Shown in pieces: positions 15,245 to 24,357 of a stretch of 27,156 bases of DNA (the first letter of the stretch is position 1; every line of letters starts with the position of its first letter). Source of the DNA: a virus. Taxonomy: Duplodnaviria; Caudoviricetes. The DNA lies in the IMG/VR virus record IMGVR_UViG_3300049049_000183, positions 1-27,156 of that record. One strand, 5' to 3'. A program made the translations under genes and the position numbers. A model generated the notes under the pieces. That model worked only from the letters and a program-made list of their open reading frames with translations. It did not search any database and was not told where the DNA came from.

Positions 15245-16173
15245 CAGACGAGCCTCCAGCCAAGGGTGGAAACGAAGCGCAGCGTGATGCACACGCGGCG
15301 GTCGAGAGTGAGGTCCTCAACAACGCCGAGCAGCGGGTGGCCGCCGCAGAGGACGATGGGTGGGATGGTCGTGGCAACGTCCAGGGTCACCGTGGCCCCA
15401 TCAGTGGGGTCGGCCGGCAGCGCGACCTGCGTCGCGTCCGTCGTGCTGGCCAGGACGTAGTAGCCGCGGTCCACTGTGGTGACGGAGGCACCTGTGACGA
15501 TGACTGGGGTAGGAGAGACAGCAGCTGCCCCAACGGTGGCTGCTGCCGCCGCGGCAGCAGCGGCAGATGCGGCGGCTTGTGCGGCAGCTGTGGCGGACGC
15601 GAGGGCGTCGAGCTGTATTTGTGGGTTCACATCGTCTCCTTCGGAGCAGGTGTTTGGGTCGGCCCACAGTTCGGTGACGACGTTCACGGCCAGCGTTTCA
15701 GCCTCCGGGTACCAAGTGGGGTGGATTTCGGTGGGGTCGAAGTACTCGAAGGTCTCGATGTCGATGGTCATGTGCAGACCGGCGATGTGGAACTCGCCGT
15801 CTGCACTGACAGTGGAGTGCGTGGTGACGTTCGCGACCTGCTGACACATCTCAATGAGGGCCGGCTCACCAAGCACCGCGTTCTCGACACGTGCGCCAAG
15901 GTCCTCGAGGGCGTCCTGTGCGTCTTCGGCGGTGCGCGCCAACACGCGCGCGATGAGCTCGAGCGAGACCGTCGTTGTGAAGTTCGGCAGCGTCTTGGCG
16001 TTCGAGCTCTTGCGGTCAGGGCCGCAGCGCAGCTTGACCTGAGGGAAGTCGGTGGGCTGCGGACTTTCCGTGGCCTGCGAGTCCCAGACGCCAGGCGACT
16101 CAACGAGAACGCCCTCGAGCCGCTGGAGGGCGGCCAAGGCAAGTTCACGAAGTTTGCGACGTGCGAGCATCAA
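15244..16173 (-). CDS. Tail terminator/completion-like protein fused through a poly-Ala linker to a fibre-adaptor-like domain
   Basis: Position after head-tail joining gene; N-domain PNFTTTVSLE..D.LE.L...VE.A; C-domain LPADP.DG.TV...EDLTLD..FV..LGWRLV. Confidence 0.65.
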   Translation of the reverse strand: MMLARRKLRELALAALQRLEGVLVESPGVWDSQATESPQPTDFPQVKLRCGPDRKSSNAKTLPNFTTTVSLELIARVLARTAEDAQDALEDLGARVENAVLGEPALIEMCQQVANVTTHSTVSADGEFHIAGLHMTIDIETFEYFDPTEIHPTWYPEAETLAVNVVTELWADPNTCSEGDDVNPQIQLDALASATAAAQAAASAAAAAAAAATVGAAAVSPTPVIVTGASVTTVDRGYYVLASTTDATQVALPADPTDGATVTLDVATTIPPIVLCGGHPLLGVVEDLTLDRRVCITLRFVSTLGWRLV

Positions 16174-16523
16174 GAGATTCGATTCAGTTCGATACGGGCA
16201 TGCCCGTGGCCGTCGGGCTTGCCGGCTTTGACCGTGTAGCGAACGCCTGTGCTTACGCGGACGAGTTCGTCCTTTTGGGCCGCCTCTGGCTTAAACCCTG
16301 CGGGGAATTCCGACAGCCGAACGCCGCAGACCGGCCGGACCGAAATCACACCGGGGTCGCCGTTGCCGTCGAGTGCCACGTTGGTGTAGGCGGTGTCGAA
16401 CACGCCAGTGATATCGAACGGGGACCCGCTGCGCGGGTAGTACGTGATGCGCTCGCCAAAGACCGCGTTGAGCGGTGCAAGAACGAGGGCGTCCCAGTCA
16501 ATGGCCATTTCGTTGCGCTCCAT
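16170..16523 (-). CDS. Head-tail joining (head closure) protein
   Basis: IDWD..VL.P...VFGE..Y.P..G..F.ITGVFD..PDGHG..L motif; start 16523 or 16508. Confidence 0.8.
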   Translation of the reverse strand: MERNEMAIDWDALVLAPLNAVFGERITYYPRSGSPFDITGVFDTAYTNVALDGNGDPGVISVRPVCGVRLSEFPAGFKPEAAQKDELVRVSTGVRYTVKAGKPDGHGHARIELNRIS

Positions 16524-16577
16524 AGGGGAGCGACGGAATGCCGCTCTTGCAACGTATAGGCAAGGGTCGCTAGGGGC

Positions 16578-16606
16578 TTGCCGCGCGAAACCCCGCCCTG
16601 TAGATT
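16578..16606 (+). promoter_or_regulatory. sigma70-like promoter of the moron
   Basis: TTGCCG (16578-16583), 17 bp, TAGATT (16601-16606); GGGAGG RBS at 16620-16625. Confidence 0.6.
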
Positions 16607-16631
16607 ACAAAAGCTAACAGGGAGGCTTAGG

Positions 16632-16985
16632 ATGAAGAAACTTGCGCTCGTGGGCATGGCTACGTCCCTGCTGGGCATCGCTTCGGTGCCTGCCTCTGCG
16701 GCAACTAATGACTGCCAAGCTAAGGTGACCTTCGTGTCGGCAGTGCCGAAGGACGGCCAAGTGACCGTCACGTTCGATATCAAGACGTCGTGCCCTGGAA
16801 GCACTGGTCGGTTTGATTACACGTATCAGACCGCTCAGCGTGCCGGCGTCTCTACGACGAGGACGCTGCCATCCTGGAACGCAGCGAACAAGCAGAACTT
16901 CCAATGGACCGACGTGTTCAGCGAGCCTTCGACGGTGACCAACGTCAAGGTTGTGCCGGGCTCCATCCAGTCTTCCAAGTCATGA
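16632..16985 (+). CDS. Moron gene 1: small exported beta-rich protein (117 aa)
   Basis: Sec signal peptide MKKLALVGMATSLLGIASVPASA; two Cys; strong RBS; opposite strand to the late operon. Confidence 0.82.
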   Translation: MKKLALVGMATSLLGIASVPASAATNDCQAKVTFVSAVPKDGQVTVTFDIKTSCPGSTGRFDYTYQTAQRAGVSTTRTLPSWNAANKQNFQWTDVFSEPSTVTNVKVVPGSIQSSKS

Positions 16986-18118
16986 TGGCCGCTATGAAAC
17001 TCCGCGTTGCGCTGACTTCCAGTCTGTTGGCAGTTGCCTCAGGGTTGTCATACGGCGATGAATGCACTGAACTGGGCATCGCCGTGGGGCAGGAAATCGT
17101 TCGGTCGTCAGCAGCTCTGGACAAAGAGTCGCTCGACAAGTACGACTTCTGTAAATACGACTACAGCAAGGCAAGCAGCGCCGAGAAGGCAAGCATTGAG
17201 GCCAGCTACGTGAAGGTGGCGTCCGGCAGTGCAAGCAAGGAATCGAAGGCCATTCAGGAGCGGCAGTCGGAATTGTGCGAGGGACGTTTCGGCTATGCCA
17301 GGTCGATTGCTCTCAACACGAACGAATCGCGCACTTGGTCGCCCATGGGCAAGGAAGTCCTGGATGCCTGCTACGCGCAAGAGACGGTGCGCATCGTCGC
17401 TGCAACGTATTCGGCACGGCAAGTCCGCTTCACAGTGAGGAACGGAACCACCGAGAAGGCGCCAATCCGGGACTACAAGGTGAGCCCTAGGGCCATGGTG
17501 GACAACTGTGACATCGTCAACTACGAGACAAGCTTGCTGGGCACTGGCAAATACATCGCGCCCCACAAATCGGTGGAAGTCATCTGTGGACTGACGACGC
17601 GGACGAAGCCAGGAGCGGACCCTTCGCAACTCACGTATGGCGGCGGGTTTATCGCGCTGGATGCGCCGGGAACGACGTTGAAGAGCCTTCCGGTGCCCGA
17701 AGTGACAGAGCCGACACTCAGCCAGGCGCAGCGCGTCCTTGCAAGCAAGCTAGCCTCGGCGGAGGAAGCCATCAAATCGCTGCGCGTCGAATTGAAGGCG
17801 GCCACCGACAGGTCGACACAGGCAGAAGAATTGACAGCGAAGGTGCGCGCTGCAGCGGCGGAGGCGCAGACGTCATCAATCCAGCGTCTTCATGTGGTGA
17901 CTTTGGGAATTCCCAAGGTTGTCCCCAACACCCCGAGGTTTCATGCCCTTGAAGACAACGGCGTCGCATGTGTTCCCAATTGGGGGCCGGCAGCAAACGA
18001 ATTTGCAGCGAAGGTATGCGGCGCCGGAAACTACGCCATGGATTCGATGGTTTCAGTCAACGGCGGCCCCTGCGGGCAAACGGTCGCGGCATTCATGTGC
18101 AAGGCACCGATTCCCTGA
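16982..18118 (+). CDS. Moron gene 2: exported Cys-rich protein with coiled-coil segment (about 375 aa)
   Basis: ATGA overlap with gene 1 (alternative start 16994); signal-like MKLRVALTSSLLAVASGLSYG; several Cys; heptad-like LASKLASAEEAIKSLRVELKA. Confidence 0.8.
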   Translation: MMAAMKLRVALTSSLLAVASGLSYGDECTELGIAVGQEIVRSSAALDKESLDKYDFCKYDYSKASSAEKASIEASYVKVASGSASKESKAIQERQSELCEGRFGYARSIALNTNESRTWSPMGKEVLDACYAQETVRIVAATYSARQVRFTVRNGTTEKAPIRDYKVSPRAMVDNCDIVNYETSLLGTGKYIAPHKSVEVICGLTTRTKPGADPSQLTYGGGFIALDAPGTTLKSLPVPEVTEPTLSQAQRVLASKLASAEEAIKSLRVELKAATDRSTQAEELTAKVRAAAAEAQTSSIQRLHVVTLGIPKVVPNTPRFHALEDNGVACVPNWGPAANEFAAKVCGAGNYAMDSMVSVNGGPCGQTVAAFMCKAPIP

Positions 18119-18133
18119 CGCGTAGGCAGGAAG

Positions 18134-18189
18134 AAGCCCCCGAGGCTTGAGGCCTGGGGGCTTGGGGCAGAAGGCCTCTTATGAGGCTC
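18134..18189. terminator. Two hairpins between the convergent moron and capsid genes
   Basis: AAGCCCCC-G-AGGC-TTGAG-GCCT-GGGGGCTT (18134-18163) and GCCTC-TTAT-GAGGC; U tracts weak. Confidence 0.6.
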
Positions 18190-18195
18190 TTGGGA

Positions 18196-19230
18196 TTACG
18201 CTCCCGCGCGTGCCTTGAACAGCACTTCCGGACGGACCGGCAGCATCAGCGGGTAGGAATACGCCTCCATTTTGAAGAAGGTGCGGCGCTGCAGGTCGAG
18301 GATGGGCAGCACATAGACATCGCGGCCTGGCTCGTTCAGGAAGTCGGCAGACTCACCCGGGGCCATCACGTGCTGGTATAGGCCAGGGGCATCCGGGAAG
18401 ATGCGGCAGGTTCCCGAGGGAATGACGATGTCGGTCAGGTTGTCCGAACCGCGGTAGTCGATGAAGCTGATGCCAGCGAAGCTGAACTTCGAGAAGGCGC
18501 CACCGGTGTTGCCGCGCAGGTCAGCGGCGGCAGACCAGTTAAGGTAGGTCTGGCGAACTTCGGGGCAGGTGACCAGCGCATCGAAGAACTCACTCGAGCA
18601 CAGGGCGATGACTTCGGTGTTCGGCATGAAGGCGCCCTGGGCCTTCCGTGCGATGGCGCGGACGATTTCGTTGCACTTGCGGCGCACGTCACCGATTTGC
18701 GCGTTGGCGAAGTCGAATGCGATTTCGACGTTCGGCGTGATGCCGAACTCAGCGTTGAAGTCAAAGAGCACAGAGCCGGTCTTTGGGTCAACGCAGTAGC
18801 CACCGAGGGCAGCCAGGCGCATGGATTCCTTGGAATACTCCAGGGACGCGAGCAGGCCGGTTTCCCCGGTCAGACGACGCGCAACTTCTGCCTCGAGTTG
18901 CATCGGGACGTCAGTCGTGCCGAATTGGCGGATGTTCTGCAGCTCGCTGACGAAGATGGTGTCCTCGTGCATCAGGCGCGGGACATCGAAGTGGAACATC
19001 TTGCGCTGTTCCGTCTGGCGGTTTTGGCCTGCAGCGCCACGCTCGGAGAAGCCGACCAGAGTCAGAGCGCCCTGGCGGGATTCAATGGCGACGCTGGTGG
19101 TGCGGATGGGGTTGGGCTTGAACAGGTTCATCGCGCCCAGGCCCTGCGGCAGGAACGGGTTGCGCTGAACTGCGTCGCTCAGGGTGACGGCGGAGAAGGC
19201 ATCGCCGGCGAAGATGTCCAGAATGTCCAT
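18196..19230 (-). CDS. Major capsid protein (lambda gpE family)
   Basis: DIF.GDAFS..TL..AV..P..LG..LF....IRTT.V.IE; C-terminal SYPL...RPEVL. Confidence 0.94.
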   Translation of the reverse strand: MDILDIFAGDAFSAVTLSDAVQRNPFLPQGLGAMNLFKPNPIRTTSVAIESRQGALTLVGFSERGAAGQNRQTEQRKMFHFDVPRLMHEDTIFVSELQNIRQFGTTDVPMQLEAEVARRLTGETGLLASLEYSKESMRLAALGGYCVDPKTGSVLFDFNAEFGITPNVEIAFDFANAQIGDVRRKCNEIVRAIARKAQGAFMPNTEVIALCSSEFFDALVTCPEVRQTYLNWSAAADLRGNTGGAFSKFSFAGISFIDYRGSDNLTDIVIPSGTCRIFPDAPGLYQHVMAPGESADFLNEPGRDVYVLPILDLQRRTFFKMEAYSYPLMLPVRPEVLFKARAGA

Positions 19231-19256
19231 GGTCGGTCTCTTTCTTGTTATGGGGA

Positions 19257-19628
19257 TTAGCGCGCGACGATGGTCGCGGCCTTGAGCTGAGCGAGGCCGG
19301 CCGCGGCGTCAGCCGGGTTTGCCCACACGAGTTCGCCAGCGTTGACCTCGGCGAGGCGAACGACGACGGTCGCTGGCTGCGCGGCAGCGCTTGCCTTCTT
19401 GCCGGCGAACAGGATTGCCACAGCCACTTCGGTGCCGTCGCTGTGTGCGGAGGCGTAAGGGGCGTACTTGCCGTCAGCGGTCTTGACGCCGAGGACGGTG
19501 CCGGCGCTCAGCGCGACATTGGTCGCCGCCAGCGTGACTTGCTCGAACGCGAGGTGACCGTAGCTGTCAGCGACGGAGACGAGGAAGCCACCATCGTGAC
19601 GTGCTTCGATGAGAGGGGTTTGGGCCAT
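19257..19628 (-). CDS. Head decoration protein (lambda gpD-like)
   Basis: E.RH.GGFLVS.A, L.AGTVLG, DGTEVAVAIL, VVVRLAEVN..ELVW motifs; upstream of capsid. Confidence 0.9.
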   Translation of the reverse strand: MAQTPLIEARHDGGFLVSVADSYGHLAFEQVTLAATNVALSAGTVLGVKTADGKYAPYASAHSDGTEVAVAILFAGKKASAAAQPATVVVRLAEVNAGELVWANPADAAAGLAQLKAATIVAR

Positions 19629-19677
19629 GGTTCAGTCCTTTGGTGACTTGTTGTTGTTCGGTATAGGCACCGCCGCT

Positions 19678-20349
19678 TCAGCCCTGCTTTTTGAAGTGGG
19701 CATCCCAGCGCGCACCCAGTGCTTGCTTGCCCGTCAGGGGAGGCGTGTTGGCACCAAGGTTCGGATTGCGTGCAGCGCGGTCTGCGTGAACAGGGGCAGC
19801 CTGGGCAGCGGCAGCCGGAGTGCTCTCAAGCAGCCGAGTGGCAGCCGAAGCGCTTAGGCGGGTGGTGAAGGCCAGGTTCGCAGCGAGAACCGGGTTGCGG
19901 GCAGCAGCGGCAGACGCGAAGATGGAGGCGCAGCGAGCCTGTTCGCGCAGGCGGGCCTTGGCTGCGGCACTGGTGCCGGTCAGCTCTTCGTCTTCGCGCT
20001 TGTCGTCCTCGGCCTTGGCCTTCGCCTTGGCTTTGGGCTTCTTGTCGTCTTCTTCGGACTCGTCTTCGTCGTCGCTGGCGGACTGGCCACCGTTGGACTC
20101 GGACGGCGTGTCGTCGCCGAAGCCCTTGTCGTCGTCGCTTGCGGACTCGTTCTCGGACTCGTCTTCGGCGGTGGGCTTGGACTCGTCGTCGTCCTCAACC
20201 TTGGCCTTCGCTTTGGTCTTGGCTTTCTTGTCGTCTTCGGACTTGTCGGACGGAGCGGGTGCGCCATCTTCCGCAGCCACCTTGGCACGGCCAAGGGCTG
20301 CCAGGTGAGCGAAGCTCAGGGCGTTTTTGATTTTGGAGAGAGAAGCCAT
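19678..20349 (-). CDS. Putative scaffolding protein
   Basis: Low-complexity D/E/K-rich region then R.REQARCA.IF..AA..NP.LAA.LAF; between protease and decoration genes. Confidence 0.7.
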   Translation of the reverse strand: MASLSKIKNALSFAHLAALGRAKVAAEDGAPAPSDKSEDDKKAKTKAKAKVEDDDESKPTAEDESENESASDDDKGFGDDTPSESNGGQSASDDEDESEEDDKKPKAKAKAKAEDDKREDEELTGTSAAAKARLREQARCASIFASAAAARNPVLAANLAFTTRLSASAATRLLESTPAAAAQAAPVHADRAARNPNLGANTPPLTGKQALGARWDAHFKKQG

Positions 20350-20391
20350 GTTGGGAACCTCAGAGGGAAGTTGTGATGTGTAGGAACCGCG

Positions 20392-21231
20392 TTACGCCAG
20401 GCTGCCAAGCAGGGCGAGGAACGCTTCATCGGGTGGCATGACGGCGTCGACGAGGCCCACTGCCAGGCCTTCGGCGCCGAGGAACGTTCCGGCTTCGAGC
20501 GCTCGAACGTCAGCGGCGGGCAGGCCGCGATTGCGGGCAACGGTGTTGACGAAGAGGTCGCCGAGCGTGTCGACGTCTTTTTGGAATCGGGCGGCCGCTT
20601 CTGGGCTCAGCTTGATGGCCTCATGGCCGTCGGCCTTGCGAGCGCCGTGCTGGAAGACCTTGACCGCAACGCCAGCGTTGGCGAGGGCCTCGGAGACCTC
20701 CATGTGCACGCTGATGACGCCGATGGAGCCGGACCCGCCAGTGGCCGGCACCGTGACCACGTCGCAGGCGCTGGCAATGGCGTAAGCCGCGCTGTAGGCG
20801 CTGTCGTCGAGGATGGCCCAAATGGGCTTGGTGCCGCGCTGGTCGTAGATGGTCTGGGCGAAGTCAAAGCAACCCGAAACCTCGCCGCCGCCCGAGTTCA
20901 CGAAGAAGGCAATCGCCTTCACGTCGGGGTCACGCAGGGCGTTGAGGAAGTCCTTTTGCAGGCCGTCGTAGCCGCACATGCCGCACATCGAGTCCAGCCA
21001 ACTGGACTTGTGAACCAGCGTGCCGTTGACATTGATGGTGGCAATGCCGCGGACGACTTCGTAACCGCGGCTATCAAGAGGCTGGTCGCTGACGTAGCCT
21101 CCGTCGATGTCCTCAGCACGCGATTTCCCAAGGCAGTAGGCCGCCATGGTTGTGCCGAGCAGCTCGCCATGGCCGCTGTGCAGCGCCAGAGGCTTACCGA
21201 ATACGCGAGATGCAAGCAGCGGATATTTCAT
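20392..21231 (-). CDS. Prohead protease, peptidase S49 family (lambda gpC-like)
   Basis: NSGGGEVSG, AYSAAYAIASACD, GSIGV motifs. Confidence 0.93.
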   Translation of the reverse strand: MKYPLLASRVFGKPLALHSGHGELLGTTMAAYCLGKSRAEDIDGGYVSDQPLDSRGYEVVRGIATINVNGTLVHKSSWLDSMCGMCGYDGLQKDFLNALRDPDVKAIAFFVNSGGGEVSGCFDFAQTIYDQRGTKPIWAILDDSAYSAAYAIASACDVVTVPATGGSGSIGVISVHMEVSEALANAGVAVKVFQHGARKADGHEAIKLSPEAAARFQKDVDTLGDLFVNTVARNRGLPAADVRALEAGTFLGAEGLAVGLVDAVMPPDEAFLALLGSLA

Positions 21232-21302
21232 CGAAGGGGAGGCTCAACACGGGCAGATGCCGCGTGTAGCAACCGACGCGCAGGGCGTCGGTTTTCCTTC
21301 GA

Positions 21303-23012
21303 TTACTTCGGTGCTGGTGCCGCTGCGTTGGATGCGTCGGCAGACTCCGTTTCGCCAAACAGCTCCATGTTCGGGCTGACCATGTTGGACCAGCTCGGAG
21401 GCGCGATGCCGTGCTTCTTGAACAGTGCCATTTCGACCGCGCGCTGCTCGATGATGGCCTCGTAGTCGCGGCCTTGCTCTGCAGCTTCCTGCTTGAGCGT
21501 CGACACACCGGCGTCCATGCGCAGGATTGCGGCGCTTGCTTCCTTCGTGCCATCAATCCAACCGCGCGGAGGTCCAAGGAACATCGCCCTGCTGTAGGCC
21601 GTTCGGGCCTCGACGAACGAGGGCGCGCCGTATGGCAGGGGCAGCTCGCCCTTCTCCATGGCCTCTTGCAGCCAAGTGGCATACATCGGGCTGGCAACAC
21701 CTGTCGCGAAGTCCTCGCGGCGACGCATCAGCGTCTTCCACGTCTCGGCCAGCGAGGCCCGAGCGCTGGAGTAGGTGCTGCGTGTCCAGTCCTGCGTGAT
21801 GCTCTCGACGCTGAGACCGGTAGCGCTCGCGAAGATGCTCAGCATGGCGTTCGAGAACGCGCCGAAGTTTGTGTTCGGGTGCGTCGTCTCAACGGAGGCG
21901 ATTTGCTCGCCAGGTGCGAGCACCGGGACCCTGACGCCGTTGAACATGGCCGGGTGTTCCTTGTGCCACTCGCTACGCAGGCCCTGATACATCATCAGGT
22001 CGTCGTCGCCGCCGTCGCCGATGGCTTCCTGAACCAGGCCGGGGTCATACGGTGACTGCACGAACAGGCCCAACTGCGCAGCGACCGTAGCCGCTTGCAG
22101 CTCAACGCCCAAATACTGGGCCAACATCTTCATGTGAGCCAGGATAGGCACGAAGATTGAGATGCCACGGTGCTGGTCTGCGCGGTCTCGCTGGAAGCTG
22201 TGGAGGACTCGCTGCCATCCGTCCGGCTCGAATTTCTCCATACGCTCCCAGGTCACCGACTCCTGAGCGAGATACCAGTTGTTTGGCTCAGCCTTGCGGA
22301 CATGGAGCGCAACGACGCGGCCTGAGTTGTCTGTGTGCAGCTCGACGCCGCCACGCATGTAGGCGTTGTCGGGAGCCTGATACGGGTTCGAAAGCCGGTC
22401 GGTGTCGACCAGTTGGAAACAGGTCGCATAAGAAGCACCGCCATATCCGACGCGGTCGGGGCACCATTGCGAGATGAGTAGAGAGTCGCCGTCGATGAGC
22501 TCGTGACGCATGGCCAGGCGCTGCATTTGGCCGACGGTGAGCTCACATGAGTAGTCGTTGTGATGCCCCTGAGAGTGGCAGTAGTCTTGGTAGAGGGCCT
22601 CGGCGACTTGGGCAAACTCATGCGCCCAGACTGCGTCGAACGCCTTGATGCCAAACTTTGCTCGCAGAAATTGATAGTGTGGCTCTGCGTTCAGCCGGAG
22701 GTTCGTGCCGATGCAGTTATCAAGGATGCGGGTGATGCCACCAGACGCCCACCCGTCGTTGCGCACCAGGTCGCGGGCGCGAGCGACCATGCGGTCGCGG
22801 TAGGGCGTGGTTTCGGAGTCCGGGCCCTGGATGTGCGGGTGCCAGTTCGCCATCTCTGGCGTGGAGGGGTTGGCGGCGTTGTAGGGCGCGGAGTAGCCGA
22901 TGGGCCCGCCCAGACCGTTCCTCTGGCCGTGCACAGCGAGCGCGCGACCGTTGCCGCCGCTTGAGAGCGGTCGGCCGTTCACATCGACGATGAGCGACTT
23001 AGGGGGCGCCAT
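21303..23012 (-). CDS. Portal protein, lambda family
   Basis: ARARDLVRNDGWASG, RGGVE, QHRGIS, YSSARASL.E.W, GWID..KE motifs. Confidence 0.95.
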   Translation of the reverse strand: MAPPKSLIVDVNGRPLSSGGNGRALAVHGQRNGLGGPIGYSAPYNAANPSTPEMANWHPHIQGPDSETTPYRDRMVARARDLVRNDGWASGGITRILDNCIGTNLRLNAEPHYQFLRAKFGIKAFDAVWAHEFAQVAEALYQDYCHSQGHHNDYSCELTVGQMQRLAMRHELIDGDSLLISQWCPDRVGYGGASYATCFQLVDTDRLSNPYQAPDNAYMRGGVELHTDNSGRVVALHVRKAEPNNWYLAQESVTWERMEKFEPDGWQRVLHSFQRDRADQHRGISIFVPILAHMKMLAQYLGVELQAATVAAQLGLFVQSPYDPGLVQEAIGDGGDDDLMMYQGLRSEWHKEHPAMFNGVRVPVLAPGEQIASVETTHPNTNFGAFSNAMLSIFASATGLSVESITQDWTRSTYSSARASLAETWKTLMRRREDFATGVASPMYATWLQEAMEKGELPLPYGAPSFVEARTAYSRAMFLGPPRGWIDGTKEASAAILRMDAGVSTLKQEAAEQGRDYEAIIEQRAVEMALFKKHGIAPPSWSNMVSPNMELFGETESADASNAAAPAPK

Positions 23013-23293
23013 TAGCGGTGGCTCCCGAATACCGGCCGCATGGGCGCGCGACGGTTGACCCGCGGGGCGCCGGTGGCGATGTCGATTTGGGTTTGCAGCA
23101 GGAGGATGGTCTGCACCATCGCGGCCTGGTCCGCCTGCGTGTACGAGACCGAGCGGCTGCCGTCCCCTTGGGCGTAGCCAGCCACGGCCACCTTCGCGCC
23201 TGACTGGAGCTGCAGATACGCCGATTGCAACGCAGCCAGCTGAGCCTGAAGGTCAGCCACGTTCATGCCGTCGAGGATGGAGGTGCGGCGCAT
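23012..23293 (-). CDS. Head completion protein, gpW-like
   Basis: L..LQ.AY..L.SG.KV....Y..GDGSRSVSYT.A pattern; directly upstream of portal. Confidence 0.82.
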   Translation of the reverse strand: MRRTSILDGMNVADLQAQLAALQSAYLQLQSGAKVAVAGYAQGDGSRSVSYTQADQAAMVQTILLLQTQIDIATGAPRVNRRAPMRPVFGSHR

Positions 23294-23295
23294 GT

Positions 23296-23493
23296 TCACA
23301 GCCCCTGCTTGAGGAGCGCTTCGGGCTTCATCGCGCCGATGGCCTCGATGCACTCGTAGCGCACGGACTCCGCCACGAACTTGCGGAGTGCCGCAATGTC
23401 CACGGTCACGGTGGTCGAGCCCTGGCGGATTTCGACCGGGCCCTTGAAGTTGGGGGCGACTTCGAAAGTCGTTTGACCAGAGCGGATTTGCAT
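23296..23493 (-). CDS. Hypothetical protein (65 aa)
   Basis: ORF MQIRSGQTTFEV.. with good codon bias, ends 2 nt before the gpW start. Confidence 0.65.
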   Translation of the reverse strand: MQIRSGQTTFEVAPNFKGPVEIRQGSTTVTVDIAALRKFVAESVRYECIEAIGAMKPEALLKQGL

Positions 23494-23572
23494 TTGCGGG
23501 CGGCGGAAGATGTGCGGGCTGCGGGACTGCCCCGGGTTGTCATGTGCCGTATAGGCACAGACCGTTGGCCGC

Positions 23573-24334
23573 CTACTTCGCGGACGCCATGGCCTTGGCC
23601 AGCGCTCGACCGAACTCCCTGTGGAAGTTCTTGTCGACATAACTCTTCGCCACGTCGAACCAGTGCAGCTGCTGCGTCACGTCGCGGGGCGGCCGGAACG
23701 CAATCAGGAGCTTGAGCCTGCTGCCGTTTACGGAGGCCAGGCCGGAAACCCTGCGGACGACTTCGACCTTCTGCCCGGTTTTCTTGTTCACCCGGAACGC
23801 CTTGACAATCTTTCCGGCCTTGTCGAGCTTGTGCTTCACGACCTTCTTGACCTTACCCTTGGCGTCGAGGCCAGAGGTCCGCTGCCAGACGCCGTAGACG
23901 GTGCCGTTCTTCGTCTCCACGGGGCCCACGAAGACGTCGGTTCGGCCCTTGAGGCTCTGCGTGAGCCCGCGGGGGAGGTTGCCGTAGCCGTTCTCCAAGG
24001 CCTTGTCGACAGGGACCAGGACGTTCGTGTTGCCGGCATTGAGTTTGTGCGTGCCGCCGAACTCGAACGGCAGCATGTATGCCTCGGCGATGGGCTTCAT
24101 ATAGACCGTGCCCTTCGGTCGGTCCTTGCTGGCTCGCACGACGCCGATGCTGTTCAGCGTGAAGGGGGTCGGCTTGTCGAGAACCTTCCGCTCGTTCTCC
24201 TGCTCGACCTTCTTGATGCCGAGAATGAGCGCGTTTATGGCCTGAGAAGTCGCAAACGGGACTTGCTTGTAGGCAAAGTTGCTGAGCTTCTTCTCGATTT
24301 CCTTCAGGTTGGTTCGGATGTTGATGTCGGCCAT
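23573..24334 (-). CDS. Putative neck/tail completion protein (gpZ/HK97-gp10-like), basic
   Basis: KQVPFATSQAIN..LDKPTPFT.. N-terminus, A.A.A.ASAK C-terminus; GGGAG RBS before ATG 24334. Confidence 0.65.
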   Translation of the reverse strand: MADINIRTNLKEIEKKLSNFAYKQVPFATSQAINALILGIKKVEQENERKVLDKPTPFTLNSIGVVRASKDRPKGTVYMKPIAEAYMLPFEFGGTHKLNAGNTNVLVPVDKALENGYGNLPRGLTQSLKGRTDVFVGPVETKNGTVYGVWQRTSGLDAKGKVKKVVKHKLDKAGKIVKAFRVNKKTGQKVEVVRRVSGLASVNGSRLKLLIAFRPPRDVTQQLHWFDVAKSYVDKNFHREFGRALAKAMASAK

Positions 24335-24357
24335 GTCGCGCTCCCGGGACGTGGCGC

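Noticed and set aside
19980-20260. Short repeats (GTCGTC, CCTTGG, CGGACTCGT) suggesting an array
   Set aside because: They encode low-complexity D/E/K/A stretches of the scaffold protein; there is no repeat-spacer regularity, so not CRISPR.
21271-21295. Hairpin AACCGACGC-GCAGG-GCGTCGGTT as terminator of the head operon
   Set aside because: The T run is on the plus strand, so it is not a canonical terminator for the minus-strand transcript; it may be a stability element or block antisense transcription.
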